Below, piece by piece: positions 1 through 14,304 of a stretch of DNA of 64,000 bases. The first letter of the stretch is position 1, and each line of letters starts with the position of its first letter. The stretch comes from Octopus vulgaris. Lineage: Eukaryota. Position numbers and translations under genes: made by a program. The notes under the pieces are model-generated. The model saw only the letters and a program-made list of their open reading frames with translations, did no database searches and was not told where the DNA came from. Location: assembly GCA_951406725.2 (NCBI GenBank), contig OX597830.1, positions 14,384,001 to 14,448,000 on the forward strand, in the 5' to 3' direction.

Positions 1-979
1 GTATATATATATAAGAATATATATATATATATATATATATAAGAATATATATATATATATATATATATAAGAATATATATATATAGTCATACATACATAC
101 ACATACGAAAACAGTCATTCACACACATATACATATACGTATATAAATGTGTACATTCATACATACGTATGTATGTATGTATATCCTTATATATGTACAT
201 AGGTACATATGTACATACATAGAGAAAATAAATGAAACCAAAATTTGAAGATTAAGAATAATTTTTCAAAATGTCAATGGAAGAAATGGAAATAACATAA
301 AACCAGAGAAGTGAGAATTTCTGGAATTTTAAAGAGAATTCAGCAAATTCTAAGAATTTTTAAAACTAAGAACGTTGTTTGAATATTAAAAATGAAATGG
401 CTAAGGAAATATAAGTGGTTGAAAGATGAAAAAGGAATGTAAGATCTTGTATTTGTTTAAAGAAAACAGAATATAATCTGAACTGAAGATATATAACAAG
501 AGAGAGGGAGAGAGAGAGAGAGGGAGAGAGGGTGAGGGAGAGGGAGAGGGAGAGGGAGAGAAGGAGAGAGGGTGAAGGGGAGAGACAGACAGACAGACAG
601 AGGGAGACAGAAAGACAGAGGGAGACAGAAAGACAGAGGGAGGGACAGAGGGAAGGAGAAAAGAGAAGAGAAAGGAGAGGGGAAGAAGGAGAAAGAGCTG
701 TGGTTTGTGTTTCTCAGTTTGTGTATGTATATACTTATGTATGCATGTATGTATGGTTTTTATGTGTGTACGTGCGTGCATGCGTGCGCGCACGTGTGCG
801 TGCGTGTGTGTGTGTGCGTGTGTGTGTGTATAAAGTAGGAGTGGGGTAGAGACACAGGGTGAGGAAAGCAATGAAGGAGAAAGGGTGTGTATGTGAGGAT
901 GAGATAGAGAGGGAGAGAGGGAGAGAGACCGAGATGGAGAAAGTTTATATGCATTTAATATAATGAGTAGGTGCGGAGG

Positions 980-1151
980 AGGTTGATGATGATGATGATG
1001 ATGATGATGATGACGATGAAGACGTTGTTGATGATGTTGATGATGATGATGATGTCAATTAAAACGATGACGACGACTATGTTGATGAAAGGTGATTATG
1101 ATGATGATGATGATGACGACAGATGATGTCGCGATGATGATGGTGATGATG

Positions 1152-1183
<32 letters not shown>

Positions 1184-1253
1184 GTGATGATGACGATGAC
1201 GACGATGGCGACGACGTTGATGACAATGACAATGTTAATAATGTTCTTGCTGT

Positions 1254-1291
<38 letters not shown>

Positions 1292-1303
1292 GTGATGATA
1301 ATA

Positions 1304-1350
<47 letters not shown>

Positions 1351-1500
1351 AATGATGATGATGATGGTGATGATGATGATGGTGATGATGATGATGATGA
1401 TGATGATAATAATGATGATGATGATGGTGATGATGGTGATGATGATGATGATGATGATAATGATGATGATGATGGTGATGGGATGAATATGGTGATGGTA
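980..1500. repeat. (GAT)n-rich trinucleotide microsatellite
   Basis: Long imperfect GAT/GGT/AAT run; source of the poly-M and poly-S ORFs. Confidence 0.95.
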
Positions 1501-2239
1501 ACGATGGTGGTGTCGGTGGTGGAGGGAGAGCGAAAGAAAAAGAAAGGGAAAAGAAAGACCAGAAAGGAAAGAAGATACTGTGAGGAATGAGAGAGAGAGA
1601 GACAGAGAGACAGAGAGAGAGAAAGAAAGAGAGACAGACAGACAGACGTAGAGACAGACAGGGTGTATGTGTCAGGTTTAGTTATATGTATGTAATAAGA
1701 GACGAATGTTTGAGAGAGTGAGAGAGAGAGAGTGAGAGAGAGACAGAGAGACAGAGAGAGTGAGGGAAAGCTTAGATGGAAGAGGTTGGTGAAGGATGAG
1801 GGAGAAGAAACTGGAGACAGAGAGAGAGAGCATCTTGTACGTGCGTATGTATGTATGTACGCCAGTATATAAGCTTGTATGTACGTATGCATTCATGCAT
1901 GTATGTATGCATGTATGTATGTACGCAAGCAGAGTGTCTATAGGTATATATTTGTATGTGTGTGTGTGTTCGGATGTATGTGCATAGATTTGCAAGTGTG
2001 TATGTCATGGAAGGAGTTAAATTGAGAGGGAGCGCGGGGAGGGAGGGAGGGAGTAGGAGGAAGGGCAGCAAGTATGTTGGGGGGGGGAGTTGTCCGGGGG
2101 GATTGCATTGAGTAGTGACGACAATCAAGCTGAGAAGAAAATGTTGGGGACAACGTAGAGAAAACATGAGACATTTCATGCTTAGGAACTGGTCTCCTAC
2201 GAAGGTCACGCAATGATGGGAAGTGGAGGTGGGCATGGA

Positions 2240-2930
<691 letters not shown>

Positions 2931-3188
2931 GCGTATTTACTCATCTTTAAACGGACTGACACTTATACATCTACGAAGAAGAATGTCAATATTTACAAGT
3001 TCATCTCAACTCATTCAACATCACAAATATAGATTTTCGTAGAAATAGTTACATACATATACATATGTATATGCATATATACACATATTTATCTCATGTA
3101 AAAGTACATGCCAATATTTACACACGATATTATCGTGAGCGTATCATACATATGTCCGATTATGTATGTATGTATGCATGCATGTATT

Positions 3189-3248
<60 letters not shown>

Positions 3249-3250
<2 letters not shown>

Positions 3251-3413
3251 CGTAGGAGTGGCTGTGTGGTAAGTAGCTTGCTTACGAACCACATGGTTCC
3301 GGGTTCAGTCCCACTGCGTGGCACCTTGGGCAAGTGTCTTCTGCTATAGCCTCGGGCTGACCAAAGCCTTGTGAGTGGATTTGGTAGGCGGAAACTGAAA
3401 GAAGCCCGTCGTA

Positions 3414-3454
<41 letters not shown>

Positions 3455-3636
3455 GTGTGTGTGTGTTTGTGTGTCTGTGTTTGCACCCCCCCCCAACATC
3501 GCTTGACGACCGATGCTGGTGTGTTTACGTCCCCGTAACTTAGCGGTTCAGCAAAAGTGACCGATATATGTACTAGGCTCGACTAAAGGCGGTGCTCCAG
3601 CATGGCCACAGTCAAATGACTGAAACAAGTAAAAAG
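3249..3636 (+). mobile_element. tRNA-derived SINE, family A (near full length)
   Basis: Head GGCGTAGGAG-TGGCTGTGTGG (A-box-like)...GGTTCAGTCC (B-box-like), internal (TA)n(TG)n tract, 3' tail GGCGGTGCTCCAGCATGGCCACAGTCAAATGACTGAAACAAGTAAAA; more than 10 copies in the window. Confidence 0.9.
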
Positions 3637-4048
3637 TGTAAAAAAAAAAAAGATATATATATATTTGCATAAACACACACACACAACACATGTATACATA
3701 TGTATGTGCGTACGCATACTTATAATGTAGGTAACTATTATTTTTCCCGTGACTAATTTGCATGTTGAATAAAGCAAACTTTGAGATGGATGTGTATCTT
3801 GACTCGATTTTCTTCGAATAATGGTCCTCCACTTCCAGATTACGTCCATTCGGAAAATGCTTTATTGTAGAAGACACGATCAGTTAAAGCAATGTACAAA
3901 ATATTCTGTAAGTTTTCGAATGATTAATTTTACTCAACACAGGATATTGAGTACTCGGGTAATTTTCAACTTTTATATAAGTTGAAAATTGCACACAATC
4001 ATTCACATGTATGCATATGTGTGTGTTTGTGTGTGTGTGTGTGTCTGT

Positions 4049-4101
<53 letters not shown>

Positions 4102-4130
4102 TGTGTGTCTGTGTGTCTCTGTGTGTGTAA

Positions 4131-4340
4131 AGCTAATCCAAACATGGAAACACAAAGAGAAAACACAACAACGCGAGGACGTGGAACAAGTATGGTGTTA
4201 TTGGACGCTCAGGAAAGGAAAGAAAGAAGGAGGATCTAAAGTTTCGAGCAGAGCTCTTCGTCGGAAACATAGAAAAAGGAAAGGTCCAAGTAAGGGAAGG
4301 CGGAGGAAAAACAATCGCCAACGGTACACACGCGGTCACA
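4131..4340 (-). mobile_element. Short non-autonomous element carrying a minimal hammerhead motif (Penelope pLTR-like), copy 1
   Basis: Homologous to 19661-19860. Minus strand reads TTT-CCGACGA-A-GAGC-TCT-GCTC-GAAAC-TTT-AGA. Confidence 0.7.
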
Positions 4341-4677
4341 TTTTATTTATTTATTTATTTTATGTAATTTCAGCTCACGAGCTGCGGCGATGCTTGGGCA
4401 CCGCCATTTGGTGTTGCTAAAACATTTAATTCACGAATGCTTTTTAGGAATTGACATTTGGTGCATAAGAGAGTTTGATACAGCTGCGCGCATCTGCACC
4501 TCCTGCTGCGAACGCGAAGTTGGTTCATCTGGGGCACTTGACAGGAAGAGGTCCAGCTTTATTTTGAAGACACCTACATCTACACCATGCAGGTCTCTCA
4601 GGTCCTTCGATAGGATATTGAAGAGCTGTGGACCTCTGAAGCCCAGGCTATTGCAGTATCTTGTCCTACATCTTGAT

Positions 4678-4680
<3 letters not shown>
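4341..4680 (-). mobile_element. 3' end of a CR1-like LINE (ORF2 C-terminus, 3' UTR, AAAT tail)
   Basis: ORF 4431-4682 NSLGFRGPQLFNILSKDLRDLHGVDVGVFKIKLDLFLSSAPDEP...RAAVSNSL resembles non-LTR ORF2 C-termini; followed by a hairpin and an (AAAT)n tail. Confidence 0.75.
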
Positions 4681-4731
<51 letters not shown>

Positions 4732-5469
4732 TTATAGATTGAATATATGTAAAATCAACAAAAAAGTCCTCTATCCATTAAGAGAAATCAATTTAATACA
4801 CATACCGAAAGAGCTACTAATGGTTTCATGCTTTTTTTGATACTTTAAATAAGCATATTTACTATAAAATACGCCGTGTATCTCTAACCAATCTTTCAAG
4901 CTCTGATTATGCTTTAAATGTCATTCGAAAATTAGGTTGATGGATAGTGAGAAAATATTAAAAAAAAGGGTGAAGGAGGCTGGTGAAGAAAAATGGAACG
5001 AGAGCAAAGAAGCGAAATTAAGAAAACCAAGTTCCCTATTCTCCCTGATTCCAGAAACCACAATTAATACAGCTTGTATAGAACAAAATAACACAAAATA
5101 TCACTTACTAGCTTTTAATATACTCAATTACAATGGAGTTACTGACAAGTTCATGCTTTAATATTTTTAATTTGCAGCTTTATGTCATGTACCTCCAAGC
5201 AAACTTTCGTATTCAGTTCATAACTTTAGATATATGTAAAAGCAAGGACGTTGGACTATGAGAAAACACGAGAAGAAAAGAAAACTAAAAGAAAATGAAA
5301 AGAAAAATACACGAAGGAAAATAACCCGAAGGTTGATGCAATAATTGGAACGTGAGGAAAGAAAACGTAAGAAGACCAAGATTTTCGGCCTTGTTGACTG
5401 TAGAAACCACAATTATAATTAATGCTGCTGGAGAAGCATAATATAACAGAAAGGAGGTCTAAGGTTTGA

Positions 5470-5610
5470 GAGGTAGCTACTCATTTCGTAGGTCTCTATA
5501 TATTAGACACTTTGAAATCTAAGTTTCCAGTCCAGCTATTGGCTTCTACCGTGATGATGGCTTGGGCATAACGTACTAATGTGCTGGACATACTCCAGAT
5601 AAATCTAGTC
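5470..5610 (+). pseudogene. Penelope-like reverse transcriptase fragment
   Basis: Manual translation FVGLYILDTLKSKFP, frameshift, then IGFYRDDGLGIT; matches the GLYRDDGL catalytic motif of Penelope-like RTs. Confidence 0.7.
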
Positions 5611-5704
5611 AGTTAGTAGCTCTTCTGCAATTGAGAATATTAAATATTTATCTCTACATTACTTACATTGGACAGACATGTATTCTCATCTTGTTTGTTG
5701 TTAC

Positions 5705-5746
5705 CACAACGTTTCGGCTGATTTACTCTCCAGCCTTCATCAGGTG
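5705..5746 (-). ncRNA. Minimal type I hammerhead ribozyme motif (intact core)
   Basis: Minus strand: CAC-CTGATGA-A-GGCTG-gagagtaaat-CAGCC-GAAAC-GTT-GTG. Helix I CAC/GTG, helix II GGCTG/CAGCC, palindromic AACGTT helix III. Confidence 0.75.
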
Positions 5747-5819
5747 TCCTGGTAGAATTCTTTAAGCTCATCCCTAGCTTAACCCACACATATGTGTGTG
5801 TGTATGTACATCCATATAT

Positions 5820-6110
5820 GGGTACAGGACATTACCAACGGTTCAAACAATATGAAATGCATAGACAAACGAGTTAAGTACGTAAACAACGAGAATAAAA
5901 TGGAAAACAGGACAAGTAAACACAAAGAAAAGACTCTTCATCAGTAGTCGGCTGTCTATCTACTCCTCATTTCGAGCATTCAACGACAATGTTAGACTTC
6001 TAAGACATATGCACCCATAAATTCTAAAATAAAATTTAAGATTTATGAAGGGTCGAAGTTGGGAGCAAAGACATGACAGTGGAGACATACAAGGAAATCG
6101 AACGAAAACA
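5820..6110. repeat. Unclassified interspersed repeat, related to 27620-27920
   Basis: Shared layout: AGGACA...AAACAACGA...CTTCWTCA...TCTACTCC...TTTCGA...AAATAAAATTT...GACAGT. Confidence 0.5.
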
Positions 6111-6517
6111 AACATGGATGGGCGTTAGACCAGAACGGGAGGGAAATAGTGAACGCTGGGAGAAACATTTTTGTTTGAAAATGGTGAAGGAGGGAGGTGG
6201 AGAAAAAGGGAATTAGAGATGGATGGAAGAAGAAAACAGTATAGAGAAAAAAGTCGCATCAAAAGGTGAAGATAAACTTACTTGGAAATGGATGCGTGGC
6301 GTTCAATTTAATAATAAATAGTAAATAAATTATATGTGTATAATAATAATAATGACAATACAGAAAATAGCTCTACTAGACACTGCTCACATCCTACCTA
6401 AAACACTTTCAATACAGTTAAAATAAGAGCATCGCCATAAACCACAGCACAAACCCAATGCACACAGAGCTGCACCTGGTAGTGCAGTGAAAGCACGTAA
6501 TAAAAATAAGACCACTG

Positions 6518-6544
6518 AATGATGATGATGATAATAATAATAAT

Positions 6545-6589
<45 letters not shown>

Positions 6590-6590
6590 T

Positions 6591-6621
<31 letters not shown>

Positions 6622-6841
6622 TAATCACATGTTCATGATGCAGCACGAAGTTTTGTCAGTAAACATGTCACGGTCTCAAAGCGACGGAATATTTTGACAA
6701 ATTAAATTTAAATGTTAAAGTGAATCTAACGGTTTTTGTGTGTTTCTTAAATGGCTTATAAACACCTTCCACGCTGCAATTGTTTTCGTTCCAGCACACG
6801 ATCTCAGATTAAGTCACTCGCTATGCAAGTACACCTCCGTC

Positions 6842-6919
<78 letters not shown>

Positions 6920-6970
6920 GTGGTGGCGGTGGTGGTGGTGGTGATGATGATGATAATAATAATAATAAAT
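6518..6970. repeat. (AAT)n/(GAT)n/(GGT)n microsatellites
   Basis: Visible runs at 6518-6625 and 6842-6970. Confidence 0.9.
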
Positions 6971-7903
6971 CCTGACGGGCAGAACTTGAGCGGTACAACT
7001 GAATCAACACGTGATTACTTATGGAAAATGATGATGACGACGATGACAACGACAATGACAAGGATGATGGTGACAATAGTGGTGATATATGAGTGGTGGA
7101 TGAACACATGCGCATAAACAGATGCATACAATGAAGATATATGAACTTCATTATACAAATAATTAAAAAAAGACAGCACATTACATATCGTCAAGTTGTT
7201 TATATTAACTGGCTGACTCTAAGGACGTTTTCAAGATATATTTCTTAATATAGAGACATAATATATGTTGAGTATTATAATGGCCTTCTTAATAATGTAA
7301 GAAATTTCATTTTGCTGTCGCTCCTTCGCATATATTTCTACTTAGATATCAACTATGATATTCATACTGTAATTAAAGTATATCATATTTGAAGAAGAAA
7401 TCAACACTGCATAATTTCATGGCAAATGTACATGTTCAGTTTTTCTAGAGTTTATAGCACCGATTGTTTTCTATGTAAACCACCACGACTTCTCTCGGTC
7501 TCTAGTATTTTAATTTACATATAATTATCCATAGCGTTATCTGATGACTGGTAGATTGTATATCGGTGAGGACTAAAATGGCGAATTGACTGCTTCTCAG
7601 CATTTTAACTTTTTTCCATTCAAGCTGTAATCAGCCCACCAATACTTATTTTCTTTGTAAGTCTGGTACTAATTATATCGATTTCTTTTGTCGAACAGCG
7701 GCGTTACGGTGACATAAACACACCAACATCGATCGTGGAACGATAGTGGAGGACAAACACAAATATTAAGTCAAACACACATAGATATATACTTATACAT
7801 ATATGTGTGCGTGTGTGTGTGTGTGCGTGTGTGTGTTCACGCGTGCGTGTGTGCATGAGTGTATGTATACATGTATACATGTATATATGTATATATATGT
7901 ATA

Positions 7904-7964
<61 letters not shown>

Positions 7965-8454
7965 GTATGTATATATATATATATATGTATAAAAATACAT
8001 ATAAAATTACAAAATGGGACAAGAACGCAAAACATTCAAATAGACGACACAAAAAACGGACGGGTCATTCGAAGCCTCTAATCTTCGGTCAAGAACCGGA
8101 TCATCCTCGCAATTTCGGCTGATTAATCTTGAGATCACACCCGATCCGGCCAGCCCCAAGGAAAAACTAAGCTACGAGCATTAGATTTCTTGGAAAAAGA
8201 ATCGAATGCATACGGAACAAGGACAGAAAAACGGACGATGCCACACGAACAAAAAACAATAATAATAATAATAATAACAGGACAAAAACAACAGGCGTCT
8301 TTCGACTTTAGACAGTTCAACTTAGCTTAGCTGGCGTATATGGAAAATAATGCCTTTCGGAAGACGAAAAAATCGATGTTGTCGTGGCGGTGCTCAGAAG
8401 CCGAAAGGCTAGTTGACCGGCGGTCACGTGAGAAGAGAAGAGAGAGAAAAAAGG

Positions 8455-8612
8455 GGACAGACTTCTTTCACTTTCCGCCTACCAAATCCACTCACAACGC
8501 TTCGGTCGGCTCGAGGACGTAGTAGATAACAGTAGCTCAAAGTTCCACGCAGTGGGAGTAAACCCAGAACCACGTGGTTGGGAAGCAAATGTCTTAACTA
8601 ACAGCCACGCCT
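8455..8612 (-). mobile_element. SINE family A, 5' portion
   Basis: Reverse-complement match to the head and body of 3249-3410. Confidence 0.75.
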
Positions 8613-9359
8613 ATGCCTATGTATACAACGGAATATTTCTCGGTCTTCCACCTAAAGTGCAGACGAATTAGTTTAAAATTTTACTGGAGAACCGGCTTTT
8701 GATTTGAAAGACGTGCTGAGACCAGGTAGTTTTCAGTCAAGGCCTTTACATAGCTATCCAAGTAACAAGGATGCAATAAATAATGTATCAAGTACGACAT
8801 AAGCTTTGAACTTTTTCCAGACGGAATTAACTGTTTCACTCCCTTAACTGATAAAGAGGTACTCATAATATACAACTGCCATCTCAATCATTAAAAAGAG
8901 ATAAGACTATTTCTAACTTGGAATATTGTTGCAAAGATGACTGGACTATACTGAATTTCATTTTTTAAAAACATTTTCTAAATCACTGCTACTTACACGA
9001 GATCAAATATCAATAACATTCTCTTCCTTACTCATAAGTTGTGTACCAATAAACTCGTGGTATCCATGAGGTTGCACACTATATTGAAATGATTTCTGGA
9101 ATTAGGTAGAAGGCATTCGACCTCACTAACCGATTGGTAGTTATATAATTAACTCCTGAAGAATATTGGTAACCTTGAAGTCGGTACCATTTGCGTTTAG
9201 AGTATAAAAATACACAACCAGTTGCGACAGGGCATTTTATTCGTTACCTGGTCAACAATAAATGAAGAAGAATACTGTGAATGTTGCTAAAAAACTAGAC
9301 AAGGTTCTTACTTTCCACAGTCCGGTTCCTCATCTTTTGTGGGCAGGGTTGATGTGCTG

Positions 9360-9520
9360 AAGCAACTTGTTGCTAAACACCTAATTATATTTATAATTAC
9401 ATATAAAAAAACTTTTTGTAAAAGTTTCTACCGTTAATGCTTATTCTTCCATACCGAAACTACTTGGTAAAATTTATTAATTATTTAATTAATAATTCTT
9501 TACCCTATATCTGTAATGAT
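9360..9520 (+). repeat. Unclassified repeat shared with 21022-21180
   Basis: Both copies contain AGCAACTT...GCTAAAC...CCATACCGAA.CTACTTGGT.AAATTTATTAATT...TTTACCCTATATCT.TAATGA. Confidence 0.65.
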
Positions 9521-9619
9521 CTGTAATGGTCATGTTTCCAGTTTAGCCAATGAAAACACACGGACTATACATTTGGTGTTCACTTGCTTCAGGTTTGTTT
9601 CATATTCATTGTATTTCGG

Positions 9620-9659
9620 CCAGAGTTCTTTCGTCACAATTCTGTGACCTCATCAGTGG
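9620..9659 (-). ncRNA. Minimal type I hammerhead ribozyme motif (intact core)
   Basis: Minus strand: CCA-CTGATGA-G-GTCACA-gaat-TGTGAC-GAAAG-aa-CTC-TGG. All core nucleotides present, helices I and II perfect, CUC cleavage triplet. Confidence 0.75.
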
Positions 9660-9759
9660 TCTTTTGCTTTCTTCTTTCTTTTTTGTGTCTCTACTTCCTA
9701 ACGATCTGCAATTTTGTATTTTGAAATACAAAATGGCAGATCGTTAGAAAGGAGAGACA

Positions 9760-10072
9760 CTGCCACTTCGCCGCTTACGACGACAAGGGTTCCAGTTGCT
9801 CCGATCGATGGAACAGCTTGCTCGTACGATTAACATGCAAGTGGCTGAGCACTTCACAGACACGCGTACCCCTTCACGTACTGAACAGAGAGATTCAGTA
9901 TGACACAGAGTGTGACAAGGCTGTCCCCTTGATATACAAGTATTACTCATTTTTGTCAGCTGACTGAAGGCACGTGGCTTAGTGGTTAAGGCATCAGGGT
10001 CACGAGCTCGATTCCTGGTGGTGCGATGTGTCCTTGAATGAGACACTTTATTTCACGTTGCTCCAGTCCACT
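9760..10072 (-). mobile_element. tRNA/CORE-like SINE (family B1) with inverted 5' segment
   Basis: 3' part on minus at 9760-9963. Head GAAGGCACGTGGCTTAGTGGTT...GTGTCCTTGAATGAGACACTTTA...CCAGTCCACT lies on plus at 9967-10072. The contiguous, uninverted version of the junction is at 25165-25205. Confidence 0.75.
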
Positions 10073-10076
10073 GATA

Positions 10077-10227
<151 letters not shown>

Positions 10228-10435
10228 TTAGGAATAACCACTAGGTGGATAACCAATATGCTAGAAGAAGATCACATACAATCTAACTACAATATTGGTT
10301 ATCCACATAGTGGTTATCCCTAAATATACACATGTATTGCAATTTTTTCTGATTTTTTCAGATTTTTCTATATGCCAGGTTACTGGTTTTAAATTGATAT
10401 TAATTAAATTAATATTCAATTTATTACCCGCGTTA

Positions 10436-10474
<39 letters not shown>

Positions 10475-10549
10475 AAAAATTATTACCTTTGTATGGTATT
10501 TTCCCCCATGCTGGCCACTTGATAATATCGATATTATACTTATTTATAA

Positions 10550-10623
<74 letters not shown>

Positions 10624-10680
10624 TGTGTGTGTGTGTGTGTGTGAGTTTATATATATATATATATGTATGTATTATGTATG

Positions 10681-10716
<36 letters not shown>

Positions 10717-11097
10717 AAGAGGAAGAGATAGATAGATATATATAGACATGTACATATGCGCATACACTGTTGGGTACAAAATATGATGTATAACCGTATC
10801 TACCAATATATGCTGGAATTGGTATCCGCATAAAAGTTTGTATATATACATGTGATTGTCTATGTATTATGATAAACATTTCTGATGACGTGCGCGTGTG
10901 TGTTTGCGTAAATGGATGCATGCATGCACGTGTGTTTGAATGTATCTGTGTCCGATAAATACATCATGAGTACAGTCCTGTATAAAGTATATACATGTGT
11001 ATAATGATTTGTATATTTGTATATACATACTGGTATATATTTAATTATATGTGTATGAATATATAATTATGTATACTCTCTCTCTCTTTTACTCTTT

Positions 11098-11308
11098 TAC
11101 TCTTTTACTTGTTCCAGTCATTTGACTGCGGCCATGCTGGAGCACCGCCTTTAATCGAGCAACTCGACCCCGGAACTTATTCTTTTGTAAGCCCAGTACT
11201 TATTCTATCGGTCTCTTTTGCCGAACCGCTAAGTGACGGGGACATAAACACACCAGCATCGGTTGTCAAGCAATGCTAGGGGGACAAATGCAGACACACA
11301 AACACACA

Positions 11309-11341
<33 letters not shown>

Positions 11342-11503
11342 GACGGGCTTCTTTCAGTTTCCGTCTACCAAATCCACTCACGAGGCTTTGGTCGGCACGG
11401 GGCTATAGCAGAAGACACATGCCCAAGATGCCACGCAGTGGGACTGAACCCGGAACTATGTGGTTGGTAAGCAAGCTACTTACCATACAGCCACTCCTGC
11501 GCC
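11098..11503 (-). mobile_element. SINE family A, full length
   Basis: Reverse complement of the 3249-3636 consensus, with a (TACTCTTT)n tail. Confidence 0.9.
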
Positions 11504-11528
11504 TATATCTTTATATATGTATATGCGA

Positions 11529-11559
<31 letters not shown>

Positions 11560-11974
11560 TGCGCGCGTATACATATGAGCATGTTTTCATGTGTGAGTGG
11601 AGAAAGAGAGATTGAGAGTGTGTGAGTGTGTGTGTGAGAGAGAGAGATGGGGACGGTGAGGTATTTTCATCCAGACTCTGGCGTGAATTCTAGTTGAGTG
11701 ACATAGAGTATATCGCTTAATATATCGTTTAATAGTTATCACAACTGTCATTTTATTTTGTTTTATAAACAAGATGATTGCTTTGTTGATCGCAGGTGTT
11801 AAATGATAAATTAAACTTCTGTAAACGACACAAGAATATCATAATTTACCAAAGTTTCAAGCGATTTTCATTTAGTACCGATATTTCTTATTCTTTATTA
11901 TCAGAAGGGAATTAAAGTATATTGGTGAGACATATTGTTTTATCATTCATTCTGTGACAAGCATGAATCTCGAG

Positions 11975-12016
<42 letters not shown>

Positions 12017-12319
12017 CATCATCAACAACGTTATTATTATTGTTGTTGTTGATGATGGCGCTATTGTTCTTGTTGTTGTTGTTTAAATAAATCTGCTTCT
12101 GTATAACATAACACTATATATATTCTCAATATTCAACTATCATAGAAATGATAGAGCTTGAATAATGAGTTTTAAATTTGAAGTGTGTGTATGCTTAAGA
12201 ACATGATATTTGATTTAACGCGCAGACATATATACAGGGGTAGCAAACACGCATATACAGACATCTACATGTGCAACTCCCCATAGACACAAACACGAAT
12301 ATATATAAACGTACATGTA

Positions 12320-12970
<651 letters not shown>

Positions 12971-13799
12971 GCTCGTATTTCCCATCCAGATAGCTAACTA
13001 TCGTTTTATGGATATGGTGCACAGGCAGAATAAGTCTCACACGTTCTCATCTGACAAGAAATCAATAAGGCTTATTCAAAACTAAAACGTTGTAAAATTG
13101 CAATATAATGTTCATTTTATATCCTTTTGATTATTCACATTGGTAAAACAGCGATCAGTGTAGAAATAGCAGTTTTTATTCCCTCGTTGTAACTATTACT
13201 CTTCTATTAGGTTCTTTAACTATCTATGTGAAAGGCCAGTATGCCAGTAAGCAATTCTTTCTCTCTCTTTCAAACGTCAATAAAAATGACGGATAAATTT
13301 TGAAATGTCAAGCAATTGACTCAATTTATCACATTTGAGTGAGATAAATAAAACATTGGTAAATTATTTGATTGACTGACTGATTAACTGATTGATTGAT
13401 CTCTCAAAGAGTAGCCGGAGAGATTACATGATGTACAGAAATTAGATTCTTTGTATAGTCGTAGTTATTACTGGTGTTGTTATTTTTCTTGTGCGTTACT
13501 CCACGTCATCAATGATCAGAAGGTTGATAGAGATTGAAGGGAAATTTAACTGCTATTTCTAGAAAGACAAGGACTTTAGCTTCGTGTTACTAATATATGG
13601 TGAATGAAGACATGTGGTTACTGGTTAGAGACTTGGATTTAAGATCGTAAGGTCGGGTTTCGATTTCGATACTGAACAGAGCATATTGTTCTTTAGAAAA
13701 CATTTTATTCCACAATTTATCTCTCAATCTATTTTTATGAGCTACAAATAGCTTCATGCGATGAAAGCGATTTCTCTTTTTTTTTTCTTTTTTTTTTTT

Positions 13800-14199
13800 T
13801 TTACTTGTTTCAGTCATTTGACTGCAGCCATGCTGGAGCATCGCCTTTAATCGAGCAACTCGACCCCGGAAGTTATTCTTTGTAAGCCCAGTACTTATTC
13901 TATCGGTCTCTTTTGCCGAAACGCTAAATGACGGGGACATAAACACATCAGCATCGGTTGTCCAGCAATGCTAGGGGGACAAACACAGACACACAAACAT
14001 ACACGCACATACATATATATATATATACATATATACGACGGGCTTCTTTCAGTTTCCGTCTCCCAAATCCACTCACAAGGCTTTGGTCGTCCCGAGGCTA
14101 TAGCAAAAGACACTTGCCGAAGGTGCCACGCAGTGGGACTGAACCCGGAACCATGTGGTTGGTAAGCAAGCTACTTACAACACAGCCACTCGTGCGCCT
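13800..14199 (-). mobile_element. SINE family A, full length
   Basis: Closely similar to 11098-11503; poly-A tail appears as poly-T on plus. Confidence 0.9.
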
Positions 14200-14304
14200 A
14201 TTTAGATATCATTTTATAATACACCTTGTGTGTTTTTGTGAGTATAAATATATAGAATGTTATCTAAAATTCAGCGTACATTAAAAAATACACGATAAAT
14301 TTAA

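Noticed and set aside
9428-9472. CCATACCGAAACTACTTGGTA as a hammerhead 3' half (also near 21108)
   Set aside because: No recognisable CUGANGA in either copy.
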